From contig JBFWWG010000002.1 of the NCBI GenBank assembly GCA_050246315.1, positions 128,001 to 192,000 of the forward strand: DNA of 64,000 nucleotides, read 5' to 3'. The position numbers were made by a program, and so were the translations under genes. This DNA is from Nitrospiraceae bacterium. GTDB taxonomy: Bacteria > Nitrospirota > Nitrospiria > Nitrospirales > Nitrospiraceae. A model generated the notes under the pieces. The model did no database searches. It was not told the DNA's origin and saw only the letters and a program-made list of their open reading frames with translations. This document shows positions 33,717 to 44,685 of the stretch, piece by piece. The stretch's first letter is position 1. Every line of letters starts with the position of its first letter.

Positions 33717-33731
33717 CCCCTGCCGGTCCTC

Positions 33732-34196
33732 CTACGGATAGCGTTCAAGAATGCGATCGACGTTCGTGGCAGTCAGATCACCATGGAGATCGTCATCGAT
33801 CATCATCGCGGGAGCCCGGTCGCAGGCACCGAGACAGACGATCGGGAGCAGAGTGAATCGCCCGTCGCCCGTTGTCTCACCCATCGAGATTCCCAACCTC
33901 GTTTGGAGCTCCTTGCGCAACGTGTCGCATCCGCAGACCCAGCAACTGATACTGTCGCAGAGCAAGATCACATGACGCCCGACGGGCTTCCGAAAGATCA
34001 GGTTGTAGAACGTCGCCACACCGTCCAGCTCATCGGGCGTCATGCCAAGCAGGGCGGCGACACTCTTGAGACTCTCGTCAGAGACCCACCCGCGATGTCG
34101 CTGGACGACCTTCAAGGCTTCCACGCACCCTGCGCGTTTATCGGGATAATGCGAGACTTCCTCCTCGATGTCGCGATGTTCGATGTCCGTCAGCAT
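33732..34196 (-). CDS. nuoE: NADH-quinone oxidoreductase subunit E
   Basis: VATFY, CDSISC, CLGAC. Confidence 0.94.
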   Translation of the reverse strand: MLTDIEHRDIEEEVSHYPDKRAGCVEALKVVQRHRGWVSDESLKSVAALLGMTPDELDGVATFYNLIFRKPVGRHVILLCDSISCWVCGCDTLRKELQTRLGISMGETTGDGRFTLLPIVCLGACDRAPAMMIDDDLHGDLTATNVDRILERYP

Positions 34197-34224
34197 TGGG
34201 CAACCGGTCGGCAGCCGCGCCGTT

Positions 34225-35976
34225 TCAGCGATCCACGTCCGCGAGCACAAAATCCACGCTGCCGAGGATCGCCACGAGATCCGCGAGCAAGAGACCGCGC
34301 GAGATCGACGGAACCATCTGCATATGGGGAAACGACGGTGTCCTGATACGCACGCGGTAGGGCCACGCCGTGCCGTCGCTGATCAGGTAATAGCCGTTGT
34401 TTCCCTTGGTGCCCTCGATCCCGACAAAGGCCTCGCCGGGCGGAATCACCGGGCCCCAACTGACGCTCAGAAAATGCGTGATCAGCGTCTCGATGTCGTG
34501 CATCGTCCGTTCCTTAATCGGCGGCGTGGCCAACGGATGCTCCGCCTTGTACGGACCTTCCGGCATGTGGTTGAGGCATTGTTCGATGATCCGCAGACTC
34601 TGCCGCATCTCCTCGACGCGCACGACCGCACGGTCATAGCAGTCGCCGTGCTCCGCGATCGGAATGTCGAACTCGAACCGATCGTATCCCGAATAGGGCC
34701 GCCGCTTTCGAAAATCCCACGGGAATCCAGTCGCGCGCAGCCCGGGACCGGTCACCCCCCATTCGATCGCTTCGTCCCTTGTATATCGACCCACACCTTG
34801 CGTGCGGGCTTTGAAGATCGCGTTCCGCATCACCAGGTCGTCGTATTCGGCCAGGCGAGGCGGAAAATAGTTCAGGAACTCCCGGACCAGTTTGTCCCAG
34901 CCTTCCGGAAGATCCTGCGCCACACCCCCGATCCGGAACCATTCCGGATGCATCCGTCCGCCGCAGATCGCCTCCACGATGTGGAAAATGCGCTCCCGGT
35001 CCGTGAACATGTAAAAGACGGGAGAAAGCTGCCCGACGTCTTGCGCAAATGTGCCGTACCACACGAGATGGCTCGCGATGCGGAAGAATTCCGCCATCAT
35101 GACTCTGATGACTTGAACCCGATCGGGAACCTGGATGCCGGCGAGTTGTTCCGCCGCCAGCACATAGGGCAACTCGTTCATGACGCCCCCCAGATAGTCG
35201 ATCCGGTCCGTATAGGGAATGAACGTGTGCCAGGTCTGGCGTTCCCCCATCTTCTCCGCTCCGCGGTGGTGATAGCCGATGTCCGGCACTACGTCCACGA
35301 TCTCCTCCTGATCCAGTTGCAGGACGAGACGGAGAATGCCATGGGTGCCCGTATGCGCCGGGCCGAGATTGAGGAACATGAAGTCCGACGTCTCGCGGGA
35401 GCGCGTCATTCCCCATTCTTCGGGACGAAAGGTGAGAGCCTCTTCCTCCGCTTCCTGCTTGTCCTCCGGCAAATCGAACCGGCCCATTTCGGTTGCGCGG
35501 GCGGGATGATCCTTCCTGAGGGGATGACCTTGCCAGGTCGGCGGCATGAGGATTCGGCGGAGATTCGGATGCCCACCGAAGGTGATGCCGAACAGGTCCC
35601 AGACTTCCCGCTCGTACCAATTGGCGGCGGGCCAGAGATCGGTGATGGTTGCGATGGAGGGAACCGTTCCCGCCAGCGGAACCTTAAGGCGGATATCTTC
35701 GTTTCGCTCGAAGGAGAGCAGGTGATACACGACCGTGAAATCACCCGACGGTTGATCCGGTTTCACCCTCCGGACCCGCTCGTCGATCGCGGTGAGGTCA
35801 TACAGCATTTTATACGGCCGATTCGCCTCGTCCTTCAGATACTGGAGCATCTCGCGCACCCTCTCCGTCGAGGTCCATACGGTGGGAAGCTCATCGGATG
35901 TCGGTTGAATCGAGAATGCGTCCTGTCCGAATCGCCCTCGGAGTTCATCAACAATCGTGGTCCGGCCGATGTCCAC
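34225..35976 (-). CDS. nuoC: NADH-quinone oxidoreductase fused subunit C/D
   Basis: [12 protein letters not shown] and GHPLRK (C part) fused in frame to NLGPAH..HG, GYHHRG and C-terminal DVDR (D part). Confidence 0.95.
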   Translation of the reverse strand: MDIGRTTIVDELRGRFGQDAFSIQPTSDELPTVWTSTERVREMLQYLKDEANRPYKMLYDLTAIDERVRRVKPDQPSGDFTVVYHLLSFERNEDIRLKVPLAGTVPSIATITDLWPAANWYEREVWDLFGITFGGHPNLRRILMPPTWQGHPLRKDHPARATEMGRFDLPEDKQEAEEEALTFRPEEWGMTRSRETSDFMFLNLGPAHTGTHGILRLVLQLDQEEIVDVVPDIGYHHRGAEKMGERQTWHTFIPYTDRIDYLGGVMNELPYVLAAEQLAGIQVPDRVQVIRVMMAEFFRIASHLVWYGTFAQDVGQLSPVFYMFTDRERIFHIVEAICGGRMHPEWFRIGGVAQDLPEGWDKLVREFLNYFPPRLAEYDDLVMRNAIFKARTQGVGRYTRDEAIEWGVTGPGLRATGFPWDFRKRRPYSGYDRFEFDIPIAEHGDCYDRAVVRVEEMRQSLRIIEQCLNHMPEGPYKAEHPLATPPIKERTMHDIETLITHFLSVSWGPVIPPGEAFVGIEGTKGNNGYYLISDGTAWPYRVRIRTPSFPHMQMVPSISRGLLLADLVAILGSVDFVLADVDR

Positions 35977-35995
35977 TATTCAGGTTTCCATTCGG

Positions 35996-36652
35996 TCATG
36001 GCAGGTGATCGACCGCCGGGAAGTCCGTCGCTCGTTCTCGTTCGCCTCGTTTGCGATCGCGCTGCGAGGGCATCAGTGGTTTCGATACCTGCTGGCCGCC
36101 GACCATCCAGCTCAGCGGCCGCCGTTCCCGTCCGACCTGTTCCTGCAACAGTAACAAGCCTTCCATGAAGGTATGGGGAGGAGGAGGACAGCCGGGGAGA
36201 TAGACATCCACCGGCAAGAAGGAATCAACCCCTTGCACCACGGAATAGATGTCGTACATGCCGCCGGAGTTGGCGCACGATCCCATGGAGATCACCCACC
36301 GAGGCTCCATCATCTGCTCGTACAAACGCTTGATGATCGGCGCCATCTTGATGAACACGGTGCCGGCGACGACCATCAGATCCGCTTCGCGCGGGCTGCC
36401 TCGAACCACCTCGGCGCCGAATCGCGCGATGTCGTACCGACTCGTGAGGCTGGTCGCCATCTCCACATAGCAACAGGACAAGCCGAAGTTGAACGGCCAC
36501 AGGGAATGCTTCCGTCCCCAGGCAATCAGGTCCTGTAATTGCCCCAGGACCACATTGCGACGCACGGCTTCCTCTAGCGCACCGTCGCCGACTCCGTTCA
36601 TTCCGTCAGCCGACCGGTGAGCGCTCGCCGGCCTGTTGAGCCACCAAGGCAT
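35996..36652 (-). CDS. nuoB: NADH-quinone oxidoreductase subunit B
   Basis: [25 protein letters not shown]. Confidence 0.95.
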   Translation of the reverse strand: MPWWLNRPASAHRSADGMNGVGDGALEEAVRRNVVLGQLQDLIAWGRKHSLWPFNFGLSCCYVEMATSLTSRYDIARFGAEVVRGSPREADLMVVAGTVFIKMAPIIKRLYEQMMEPRWVISMGSCANSGGMYDIYSVVQGVDSFLPVDVYLPGCPPPPHTFMEGLLLLQEQVGRERRPLSWMVGGQQVSKPLMPSQRDRKRGERERATDFPAVDHLP

Positions 36653-37049
36653 CGCCGCCCTTGCACCTCCGTACGAGACCCCGCTGCGGGGAGGTTCCCC
36701 AATCGAGCGCGCCCACCCGCCACAAGTAGGCCAGCGCGATGAACAGAACTACGATGAAGATGAACATTTCTCCGAAGCCGAGCCAGCCGGCCTCTGGAGC
36801 CGCCACGGCCCAGGCGAACAGATACACCGCCTCCAGATCGAAGATGACGAACAGCATCGCGATCAGGTAGAACTGCACCGGCAGCCGGATCTGTGCGGAG
36901 CCCGTGACGGCGATCCCGGATTCGTAGGGTTCGTCCGTCGCTTGCTCCCGATGCCGCTCACCCAGGAGCGCGGAAATCCCGATCATGCCCGCCGCAATCG
37001 CCAAGACCGCGAGAACGTAGACGGCGAAGGGCCAGAAGTGTTCGGTCAC
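36606..37049 (-). CDS. nuoA: NADH-quinone oxidoreductase subunit A
   Basis: [28 protein letters not shown] start with AGGAGG. Confidence 0.94.
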   Translation of the reverse strand: MTEHFWPFAVYVLAVLAIAAGMIGISALLGERHREQATDEPYESGIAVTGSAQIRLPVQFYLIAMLFVIFDLEAVYLFAWAVAAPEAGWLGFGEMFIFIVVLFIALAYLWRVGALDWGTSPQRGLVRRCKGGDALVAQQAGERSPVG

Positions 37050-37321
37050 CGATGACCTCCTGGAGGAAACGTGGCACGAAGATCGCCGTCTGTCCCACCG
37101 TCCTGCGTCGCGGGATCGGACGCGTCGGCCCGCAAGCTCAGGAAGTCAGACCGGCCTCTCGGTTCCTGGACCGGCCGCTTCGATGTGGCTTCTGAGGATC
37201 CCGCACACTGTGCAATCCTCGCAGTCTTCCGTCGAGACAAGCTCGGGATCGCCCCTCAATCCATCCACCGGTCACGGCAAGCGGTTCCTCCGTCGCTCTC
37301 GGTCGAGCGTCGTGACGCCCC

Positions 37322-37528
37322 TTACTGACGACTGAGACGGACCAGATACTGAAACGTCGAGGGGTGATGGAGTGTAAGACGACCCCTTCGACTCTGTTGA
37401 TCCACGCTCGTGAAGATCTGGTTCCAAGAGAAATCCGGCAACCGTTGCGCGAGTTCATCGATCGTGCAGGGTCCTCGACGCTCCAAGTCTTGAAGAATCG
37501 CGACCTCGACGGTATTCACATGCGCCAT
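37322..37528 (-). CDS. small winged-helix-like protein (68 aa)
   Basis: AAGGAGG RBS before ATG 37528; ILQDLERRGPCTIDELAQRLPDFSWNQIF..SRRGRL. Confidence 0.65.
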   Translation of the reverse strand: MAHVNTVEVAILQDLERRGPCTIDELAQRLPDFSWNQIFTSVDQQSRRGRLTLHHPSTFQYLVRLSRQ

Positions 37529-37868
37529 CTCCACCTCCTTCCCAGCTCGCAACGTGTACGGCATCATCCGTGACTGCGGGATGCCGGTCCGAACGAGCCG
37601 GTCAGCGGTATCGCTCCGTGACTCAACCAATAGGCGCGCGGTGTCCATCCCAGATGCGAAAGGATCGTTCGACCGCAAGTGAGCAGAGATGCAATTCACG
37701 ATCCCTTCGACTTCTCCACACGAATTGCGCAGCGAGGGTCGGAACCGTCGGTGAAGTCCTCCGAGCACTCTCGACGCCAGCTTCTCATCGTGTGCTTCGT
37801 GCACTTACGCACTGAGCGTCGAGTGCGCCACTGCTCGGTTGCGGATTGAGCAGCATTCATGTCACCCT

Positions 37869-38144
37869 TCACGTCCTTTTCCTTGGCCTGCTCTGCGGTC
37901 TCTTGAGGCGGTGAAACTTCCGCAGATGCGCGATGATCATCTGTTCATCCCCGACAATAATCACGCCGCACGATGAATCGACCAGCGTTGGTGTCTCGTT
38001 ACGACTGGATATTCGCTTCAGGCGTTCACGCTTGGACTTGTCCTTCGAAACGTTTCTCAAGATACAGTCGATGCCCCATTCCGACATCTTCTGGCGAACC
38101 TGAGCGCTGTATTCACACTCTTCAAACTGATACAGTTCCAGCAT
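37869..38144 (-). CDS. glutaredoxin / GST-N-like protein (CxxS)
   Basis: LELYQFEECEYS..VRQ..TPTLVD. Confidence 0.75.
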   Translation of the reverse strand: MLELYQFEECEYSAQVRQKMSEWGIDCILRNVSKDKSKRERLKRISSRNETPTLVDSSCGVIIVGDEQMIIAHLRKFHRLKRPQSRPRKRT

Positions 38145-38276
38145 GCGTTCCTCTCCTCACGACTTCCCTCAAGATTTGCTCTCCTGCACCCTGCCTGGAC
38201 TCGACGCTCCTACCGTCCGACGTGGCGCGCTTCGATGCGCCACTTTCCTGACGGGCTCCGTCAACCGGATGATCGC

Positions 38277-38936
38277 TCAACGCGTAGGTCTGGTCGCCAG
38301 ACGATTGTCCACAATGTCCCAGTTGATATTCCCAAAGAAGGCTTCAATGTACTTTGGTCTGTCCGATGGTTTGTAGTCCAACATGAACGCGTGTTCCCAC
38401 ACATCGAGGACGAGCAACGGAGTGAATCCCGCCACGTTGCCGATCTCATGCAACGTGATCCAATGGTTCGAGAGACGGCCGTTCACCGGATTGCGGTAAC
38501 AGATCGCCCAACCCACTCCGCGCATTCTGGCAATGCTCGCGAAATCCGTCCGCCAAATTGCATAACTGCCGAAGGTTGTTTCGGCCTCCTTGCGAAATGC
38601 CGATGAGCGCTCCGGGTCGCCGGATCCTTGCCGTTTCAGGTTCTCGAAGTAGTATTCGTGCAGCACCATCCCGTTGTATTCAAATCCCAATCGGCGCGTA
38701 AGTTCCGAATAGGCGGGCAGTTCTTCCTGGTCCACCGTGCCGTCCTTTAGAAACTCGGCGATCCGCTCGGTGAGCCTATTGGTTTCTCGGACATACCCTC
38801 CATACAATTGAAAATGCATCTCCAGCGTCTTGTCCGAGATGCCACTGAGCCCGCTCAAGTTGAACTGCTTTGCTTGATAGCCTTGCGTAATCACCTGGAG
38901 GCCTCCAGCGGTAGATGAAGACGGGTATCGAGGCAT
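38277..38936 (-). CDS. Fe/Mn superoxide dismutase family protein
   Basis: Metal ligands in MHFQLY, LHEYYF and DVWEHAF. Confidence 0.88.
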   Translation of the reverse strand: MPRYPSSSTAGGLQVITQGYQAKQFNLSGLSGISDKTLEMHFQLYGGYVRETNRLTERIAEFLKDGTVDQEELPAYSELTRRLGFEYNGMVLHEYYFENLKRQGSGDPERSSAFRKEAETTFGSYAIWRTDFASIARMRGVGWAICYRNPVNGRLSNHWITLHEIGNVAGFTPLLVLDVWEHAFMLDYKPSDRPKYIEAFFGNINWDIVDNRLATRPTR

Positions 38937-39255
38937 GACACATTCTCACGCTCCGCGATTCAGCGCGTGCTACAACAAGGTCGTCCGGGATGCATCGCCA
39001 CGGAGCCAGGAGGCCGGAATGACGCCACTCGTTGCGGTCATCGTGTCATGTGTATAGATTGCAACAGCCGCCGCCCATCCCACAAAACTGGAATTGTCCG
39101 TCATACTTTACAGGCAAGAAGATGTCATGATCATGAGGACAGATGGCCCACGTCTCGGATCGCTCAAGATGCCGACCCGCTTGCAGGCACCCATTGAAGC
39201 GGTGCAGTATCTCAACGGTTCCTCGACCTTATCGTCCTCACCTGCGTCAGGCTTA

Positions 39256-39741
39256 TCACTCAACGACCCATACGGCGTACCCGCCCGCCTGTTTCAACAG
39301 CCGACGCGTGATCCCGCCGAAAAAGAGGCTTTTCAAGCCGGAAACGCCACGGCGGCCGACCACGATGGCCTGATAACCGCCCTTCCTCGCTTCTTCGAGA
39401 ATGGTCTCGACGATATCTTCGCCATAGCCGAACTTCATTCGGATACGAGAGGCGTGAAAGCCAGTTCGCTCCAGCGTCCGACGAGCCTTCGACAGAATAG
39501 GAGATTCCAATCTCTGCTCCTGCTTGTACCAGTCCTTTCGCTCTCTCCTGAGTTGCCTGCCCAACTCTTCTTCACGAGCAGGATCTTCGGATCCTCCATG
39601 TTCCCGCAAAACCGGTGGCAGTGGGTTAAGAACGTGAAAGAGCGTCACGGTCACGGCGGGCGTGGACCGCAGTAGCCGCCCCACATGTTGCACCGCCCGC
39701 GTGGAATCCTTGGAGCCATCCACCGCAACGAGAATTCGCAT
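39256..39741 (-). CDS. universal stress protein (single domain)
   Basis: MRILVAVDGS..IVVGRRG..FFGG..VWVVE. Confidence 0.88.
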   Translation of the reverse strand: MRILVAVDGSKDSTRAVQHVGRLLRSTPAVTVTLFHVLNPLPPVLREHGGSEDPAREEELGRQLRRERKDWYKQEQRLESPILSKARRTLERTGFHASRIRMKFGYGEDIVETILEEARKGGYQAIVVGRRGVSGLKSLFFGGITRRLLKQAGGYAVWVVE

Positions 39742-41362
39742 CAAGAGGTCGCTCCCATCGGTTGAGCACTGAAGGTCAGCTTGGCTTTTGAATATGTTCC
39801 GGTCGGCCCGCCTCTGCAACGGACGCTGAGAGGATGGCGCGAGACAAGCAACTCCAGCTTCATAGTCCACCTCTCCCCGACAGGAAAACGCCCGCGTTCT
39901 CTTGTCGGCCTCAGGAGCCCACCCACAGAGCGCGATGGCCTAGAAATCATTTCGAATTGGTGGCGTCCATCGGAACAGGTCTTATACGGCGCCAGCATGT
40001 TGCGCTTGCGCGACGACGGAGCAGCCGCCTGGGACGTCGTCTCCAGCATCAGTGCAGCTTTCCGACGTCTGTGGTCCCTATCGGTATCATCCAGTGTGTG
40101 ATACCTCTTGAGGATCCTACCGATGCATGAATGATGCTCACCGCTTCAAGATCAGGCCGCAAGCAGTCCTTTTCATAATCTCAGATCATGGCCCGAGAGA
40201 TAGGTTGCCTGCATCAGGCCATTCACCGTTCTCCTCGCGCACTCTCAAGGAAGACAGGAGTGTCGGTCCGAGGGACGTCGTTCTTGGAGAAGTGAAACGA
40301 GCTTGAGGGTTGGTCTTGTACATGACTTGCTCAAGGATGTGAGAAGCCATGACACCATCACAATTTGAGGCAATGCCCTTTCAACTCATCAAAGATCCCC
40401 ACGGAATCCCACCTTATGCAAAACTGTATCCGTCTCAGGCGAGGAGCGATTGAGCCAGGGTCAACGGAAAGTACGGTGCCACTTCCCCATCTCTTCCTGA
40501 CGAATGGTAAGGCTCGAGGTGGGTTGGTCATTTCCCATTGATAGGACATACGAGGAGTGACTTTGGTACCGTCCACTCTGCAAGCAGGACACCCTGTCCT
40601 ATTTGGCCCTCGTAGGCATGACGAAAATAATAGACCACAAGCTCTTGATGCTCTGTCTCCTCACGTGATTCGAGCATTTTCGCTCAACGCGCACAGTGTG
40701 AAAAGCGAACAACGCGCAGAAGGTTGGTACTCCCCTTAACATCGATCTCGCGTTTGTTCCCTATTCCGTTGGTGGTGAACCTCCTTCCGCGCAAATTCGG
40801 AATGTCTCTGTCGCGCATTCAATCGGGACCAAGACTTGCCTGTTTCTCATGTGATCTTGAAAGCAGTGGGGTCCGCCATTCACGAAGCGACGATTCAAGA
40901 GCTATCGCAGCGGAAGGCAGACTTCCTGGCGAGGTCGGCACCGCCTTAGGTCGTTCGCCGCCCCTGTGGCTCTTCCACAAGGAGGACTGCCGGCGCGTCG
41001 AATTGAGTCTACTGCCGGTCCAAAAAACTCAGGGCATGAGCCTGATCGATGAAGGCGAAGCCATGGGTACCGACAGCCATCTCCAGGTAGCACAACCCAC
41101 CCGGATTGTTCGAGGCAAGAGAGGTTATGATCAAGCCCAACTGGTACTGACGCAGGATGGAGCACTCAAATTGCAGGTGCGCTGCTTGACAGGGCAGGTC
41201 AATGAGTCCATGCCGGCGCATAGCCTGGAAGCCGTCACTTGAGAGAAGCGGACTGTTCAACGTCTACTTTTCTTCATGGAGAATCGGAGGTAGCACCACC
41301 GGAGCCATGAGCCACAGCTAAGCCGTCGCCCCGTCACTGAACAAGATAGAACGCATCACCCT

Positions 41363-43558
41363 ATGCAAGACTCACACATTCTTATGGAATGGAGCCGTTT
41401 TACCTCAGGGTCGGCGATCGCGAATGTCGTGCGCCCCATGATCCTGGAATCATGGGCCCGTTGCGTTGAGACCGGAATGCGCGCCGAACCCCAGTCGCTC
41501 AGCTTCAGACGGGTCAACGATGGCGAACTTGTGCAACGCCTCCAACAGAGCCGCGAGGTGCTAGAGAGAGCGAAGCCGTACCTCCGCCTGATCTCGACGG
41601 TCCTTGGATCGATCAAACACGTCGTCTATCTTGTCGATCATCAAGGCATTGTCCTCAAGAGCTGCGGGAATGCTCCCGATCTCCATCGTCGCGTTGGGCT
41701 CCTTCCGGGCTATGACTGGTCAGAGCGTGCGATGGGAACCAACGGAGCGGGAACGGCGTTGCTAACGGGCCGGCCTATCGCGGTGATCGGCCCCGAACAC
41801 TTCATGCGACATCTGCACGACTGCGCCTCCACCGCTGCGCCCGTCCATAATGAGGCCGGAGCCGTGATCGGAGCGCTTGCGATCGTCACCGCCGCAACGG
41901 ATGCGACGCCGGAACGGCTGAACATCGTCGTGCCATTCGCTTCTGCGATCGAACAAGAATCAGCCTCGATCGCCCGTAGCAAGGAGCTCATGCGGCTCGT
42001 CCAAGGCCCATACGCGCTCCTGGAACAGCACATGGCGCCCTTCTCTCCGGTTGGGGCGGCATGCATGAGCAACGAGCCGACCTGCCGAGAGTTGATCGAC
42101 TCGCTCCCCGCCGCGGTGTATCTCTGCGATGCGAACGGGGTCATTGTTCACTACAACCGTCTCGCCGCCCAGTTATGGGGTCGCGAGCCTCGGTGCGGCG
42201 ACCCTAGCGAGCGATTCTGCGGGGCCACCACCATATATCTTCCGGATGGAACCCTGCTCACTCACGAGCAGATGCCGACCGCGAGGGTCTTGCGCACCGG
42301 CCTCCCTCAGGACAATCGCGAATTGATCCTTGAGCGGGCAAACGGATCGCGCAGAACGGTCTTGGTGAATGCGGTTCCGCTCAAGAACGAGTCGGGAGAA
42401 GTCATCGGCGCGATGAACTGCATGTTTGACATTACAGATTGGAAACGCGCGGAAGACGCCGTAAGGAGTCGCGACGCCCGTCTTTCACACATCTTCTCCA
42501 GCGTCCCTGTCGTGCTCTACGAAGCCGAAGTGATCGAACCCTTCGGGCGGACTTGGGTCAGCGACAACATCGAAGGCCTCTCCGGTTTTCCCTCCGGACG
42601 CTTTATCGAAGATCCCGGGTTTTGGGCATCTCGATTACATCCAGACGACCGCGAACCAGTGCTCCGGACATTCGCCTCGCTCGGGGATCATGAGCGGCTT
42701 AGTTCCGAATACCGGTGGCAGCATGCCGACGGTCGATATCGCTGGTTCCTTGATCAGGTCGTCATTCAGCGCGACACCAACGGTCGGCCGACCGCCATTC
42801 TCGGGACGCGGCAGGACATGACCGAGCAAAGAGAAACCCGCCACCAGCTTCAGCAGTCGCTGGATCAATTGCGGATGCTCTCCCGCCGGCTCGAATTGGT
42901 GAGAGAAGAAGAACAGCGCAGGCTCGCCCGCGAAATTCATGATGAATTGGGAGTCTTGATGACCACGATGAAATTGGACCTCGCCCAGATGACCGGGTTG
43001 CTCATCGACGCGGGTCTTGGAACGGCGGCGCCTTCGTTACGACACAAGATCGTCTCGCTCGACAGTACATTGGATCAGACCATCACGGTGGTGCAACGGA
43101 TCGCCGCCGATCTTCGCCCAGGCGTGTTGGACGATCTTGGTCTGATCGCGGCGATCCAGTGGCAGGCTAAAACATTCCACTCTCGAACCGGTATTCATTG
43201 CGACGTGATCGCGGATACGGAGGATCCGCAGATCGATCCCGAACAGGCCACCGCATTGTTTCGTATCTGTCAAGAAGCACTTACGAACGTGGCACGACAC
43301 GCTCGGGCCACCTCCGTGGTCATCCGCTTCAGCGAAACAGGGGGACAAATCCTCCTCGAGATCGAGGACAATGGGCGAGGCATTCCGTCCGACAAACTGA
43401 CTGACCGCATGTCGCTGGGTCTGCTCGGCATGCGAGAACGGGCAAGCCTCGGTGGAGGAGAGGTCCATATTTCGGGGAAGCCTGGCAAGGGGACCATTAT
43501 CATCGTGCGCATGCCAACCGTTTCGGGGCACATGAATGCTGCGCACCAGACCTTGTAG
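41363..43558 (+). CDS. cytoplasmic sensor histidine kinase (GAF-PAS-PAS-HisKA_3-HATPase)
   Basis: GTNGAGTAL GAF; two PAS/PAC domains; LAREIHDELG H-box; QEALTNVARH, EDNGRG, LGLLGMRER. Confidence 0.92.
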   Translation: MQDSHILMEWSRFTSGSAIANVVRPMILESWARCVETGMRAEPQSLSFRRVNDGELVQRLQQSREVLERAKPYLRLISTVLGSIKHVVYLVDHQGIVLKSCGNAPDLHRRVGLLPGYDWSERAMGTNGAGTALLTGRPIAVIGPEHFMRHLHDCASTAAPVHNEAGAVIGALAIVTAATDATPERLNIVVPFASAIEQESASIARSKELMRLVQGPYALLEQHMAPFSPVGAACMSNEPTCRELIDSLPAAVYLCDANGVIVHYNRLAAQLWGREPRCGDPSERFCGATTIYLPDGTLLTHEQMPTARVLRTGLPQDNRELILERANGSRRTVLVNAVPLKNESGEVIGAMNCMFDITDWKRAEDAVRSRDARLSHIFSSVPVVLYEAEVIEPFGRTWVSDNIEGLSGFPSGRFIEDPGFWASRLHPDDREPVLRTFASLGDHERLSSEYRWQHADGRYRWFLDQVVIQRDTNGRPTAILGTRQDMTEQRETRHQLQQSLDQLRMLSRRLELVREEEQRRLAREIHDELGVLMTTMKLDLAQMTGLLIDAGLGTAAPSLRHKIVSLDSTLDQTITVVQRIAADLRPGVLDDLGLIAAIQWQAKTFHSRTGIHCDVIADTEDPQIDPEQATALFRICQEALTNVARHARATSVVIRFSETGGQILLEIEDNGRGIPSDKLTDRMSLGLLGMRERASLGGGEVHISGKPGKGTIIIVRMPTVSGHMNAAHQTL

Positions 43559-43631
43559 GCCATTATTTTAGGAAGCACCGGTAACCGCCGGTGTCTTGAC
43601 GATTGGCGGTCACACAGCAGCGAGGGGGCTG

Positions 43632-44255
43632 ATGTATCGCATTCTGGTTGCCGATGATTTCCCGGTCATTCGGGAAGGCGTCACCAAGGTCGTGAGTAAG
43701 GTCATGCCGGTGACGATCGGCGAGGCCGCCGATATTCCCGAAATGTTGCGGCTCGTCCGGACTCAAACTTGGGATGTCCTCGTGCTGGACATCAATATGC
43801 CGGGAGGGAGCTCGATCGACGCGCTGCGGGAGGTCAAACGCGAATATCCCAAGTTGCCGGTTCTGGTGCTGAGTATGTATCCGGAGGAGCAGTACGCATT
43901 GCGGATGTTTAAGGCCGGTGCCAACGGATACCTCACCAAGACGGCGATCCCCGCTGAATTGGTGCAAGCCATCCAGAAGGTGCTCGGTGGCGGCAACTAT
44001 GTCACCCCGCTGATCGGCGAACAACTGGCCGTGGCCTATGGAGTTCCAGGCATGCATCGCAATCATCTCAGTAATCGCGAGCTGGAGGTCTTGAGGCTGA
44101 TCGCTTCGGGCAACACATGCACGGAGATCGCCGACGAACTGTCGTTGAGCGTGACGACCATCATCACCTACCGAGCGCGCATTCTCGAGAAGCTTCATCT
44201 GAGAAACAACATGGACCTGACGCGATACGCGCTTGAGCAGAAACTGGTCGTCTAG
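43632..44255 (+). CDS. NarL/LuxR-family response regulator
   Basis: ADD, LDINMP, GYLTK; HTH LSNRELEVL..YRARILEKL. Confidence 0.93.
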   Translation: MYRILVADDFPVIREGVTKVVSKVMPVTIGEAADIPEMLRLVRTQTWDVLVLDINMPGGSSIDALREVKREYPKLPVLVLSMYPEEQYALRMFKAGANGYLTKTAIPAELVQAIQKVLGGGNYVTPLIGEQLAVAYGVPGMHRNHLSNRELEVLRLIASGNTCTEIADELSLSVTTIITYRARILEKLHLRNNMDLTRYALEQKLVV

Positions 44256-44685
44256 CCCGCATTCTTCACGAGAGGTGGTCACGAAACCGTACAGATGCGA
44301 CGCGGTGAACCCATTGCATTGGAAGCGCAATGGGTCTCGTGCGAAGAGCCTCAACCTGAAGGGTTGTCGCTATCTGCGAAGCTCCATCCGAAGGGCGAAC
44401 GAATCACACGCAAGACGGACGAGAGACAAAAGCCACCGGCGGATCTCTTTATCGGCGTCGAGACAGAAGGGCTTCGTCCGATGAGCCGCTGGTTCATACT
44501 AAGTGGGGTATGTCCCTCTTCGCTCCTCTCCCGCTCCCGACCGGCTGGACGGCCTTTTTCAACAGGCTCCGGACTATGTTGAGCCCATGGGCGAGCTCCA
44601 GCCCGGAGCTCACAGTAGTTTCGTGACAGCCTGCTAGTCGTTCCTCCAGACAGATACCGACCAACGTTGCAGCACGCTGCCACGC

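Noticed and set aside
31132..36168. Long plus-strand ORFs (553, 356 and 666 aa)
   Set aside because: Antisense shadows of nuo genes caused by GC codon bias; no motifs
37072..37088. sigma-54-like GG-N10-GC readable on both strands upstream of nuoA
   Set aside because: Poor -12 element in both directions; the minus-strand TSS would abut the RBS
40724..41260. 172-aa (+) and 83-aa (-) ORFs
   Set aside because: No recognisable motif or RBS, and they overlap each other
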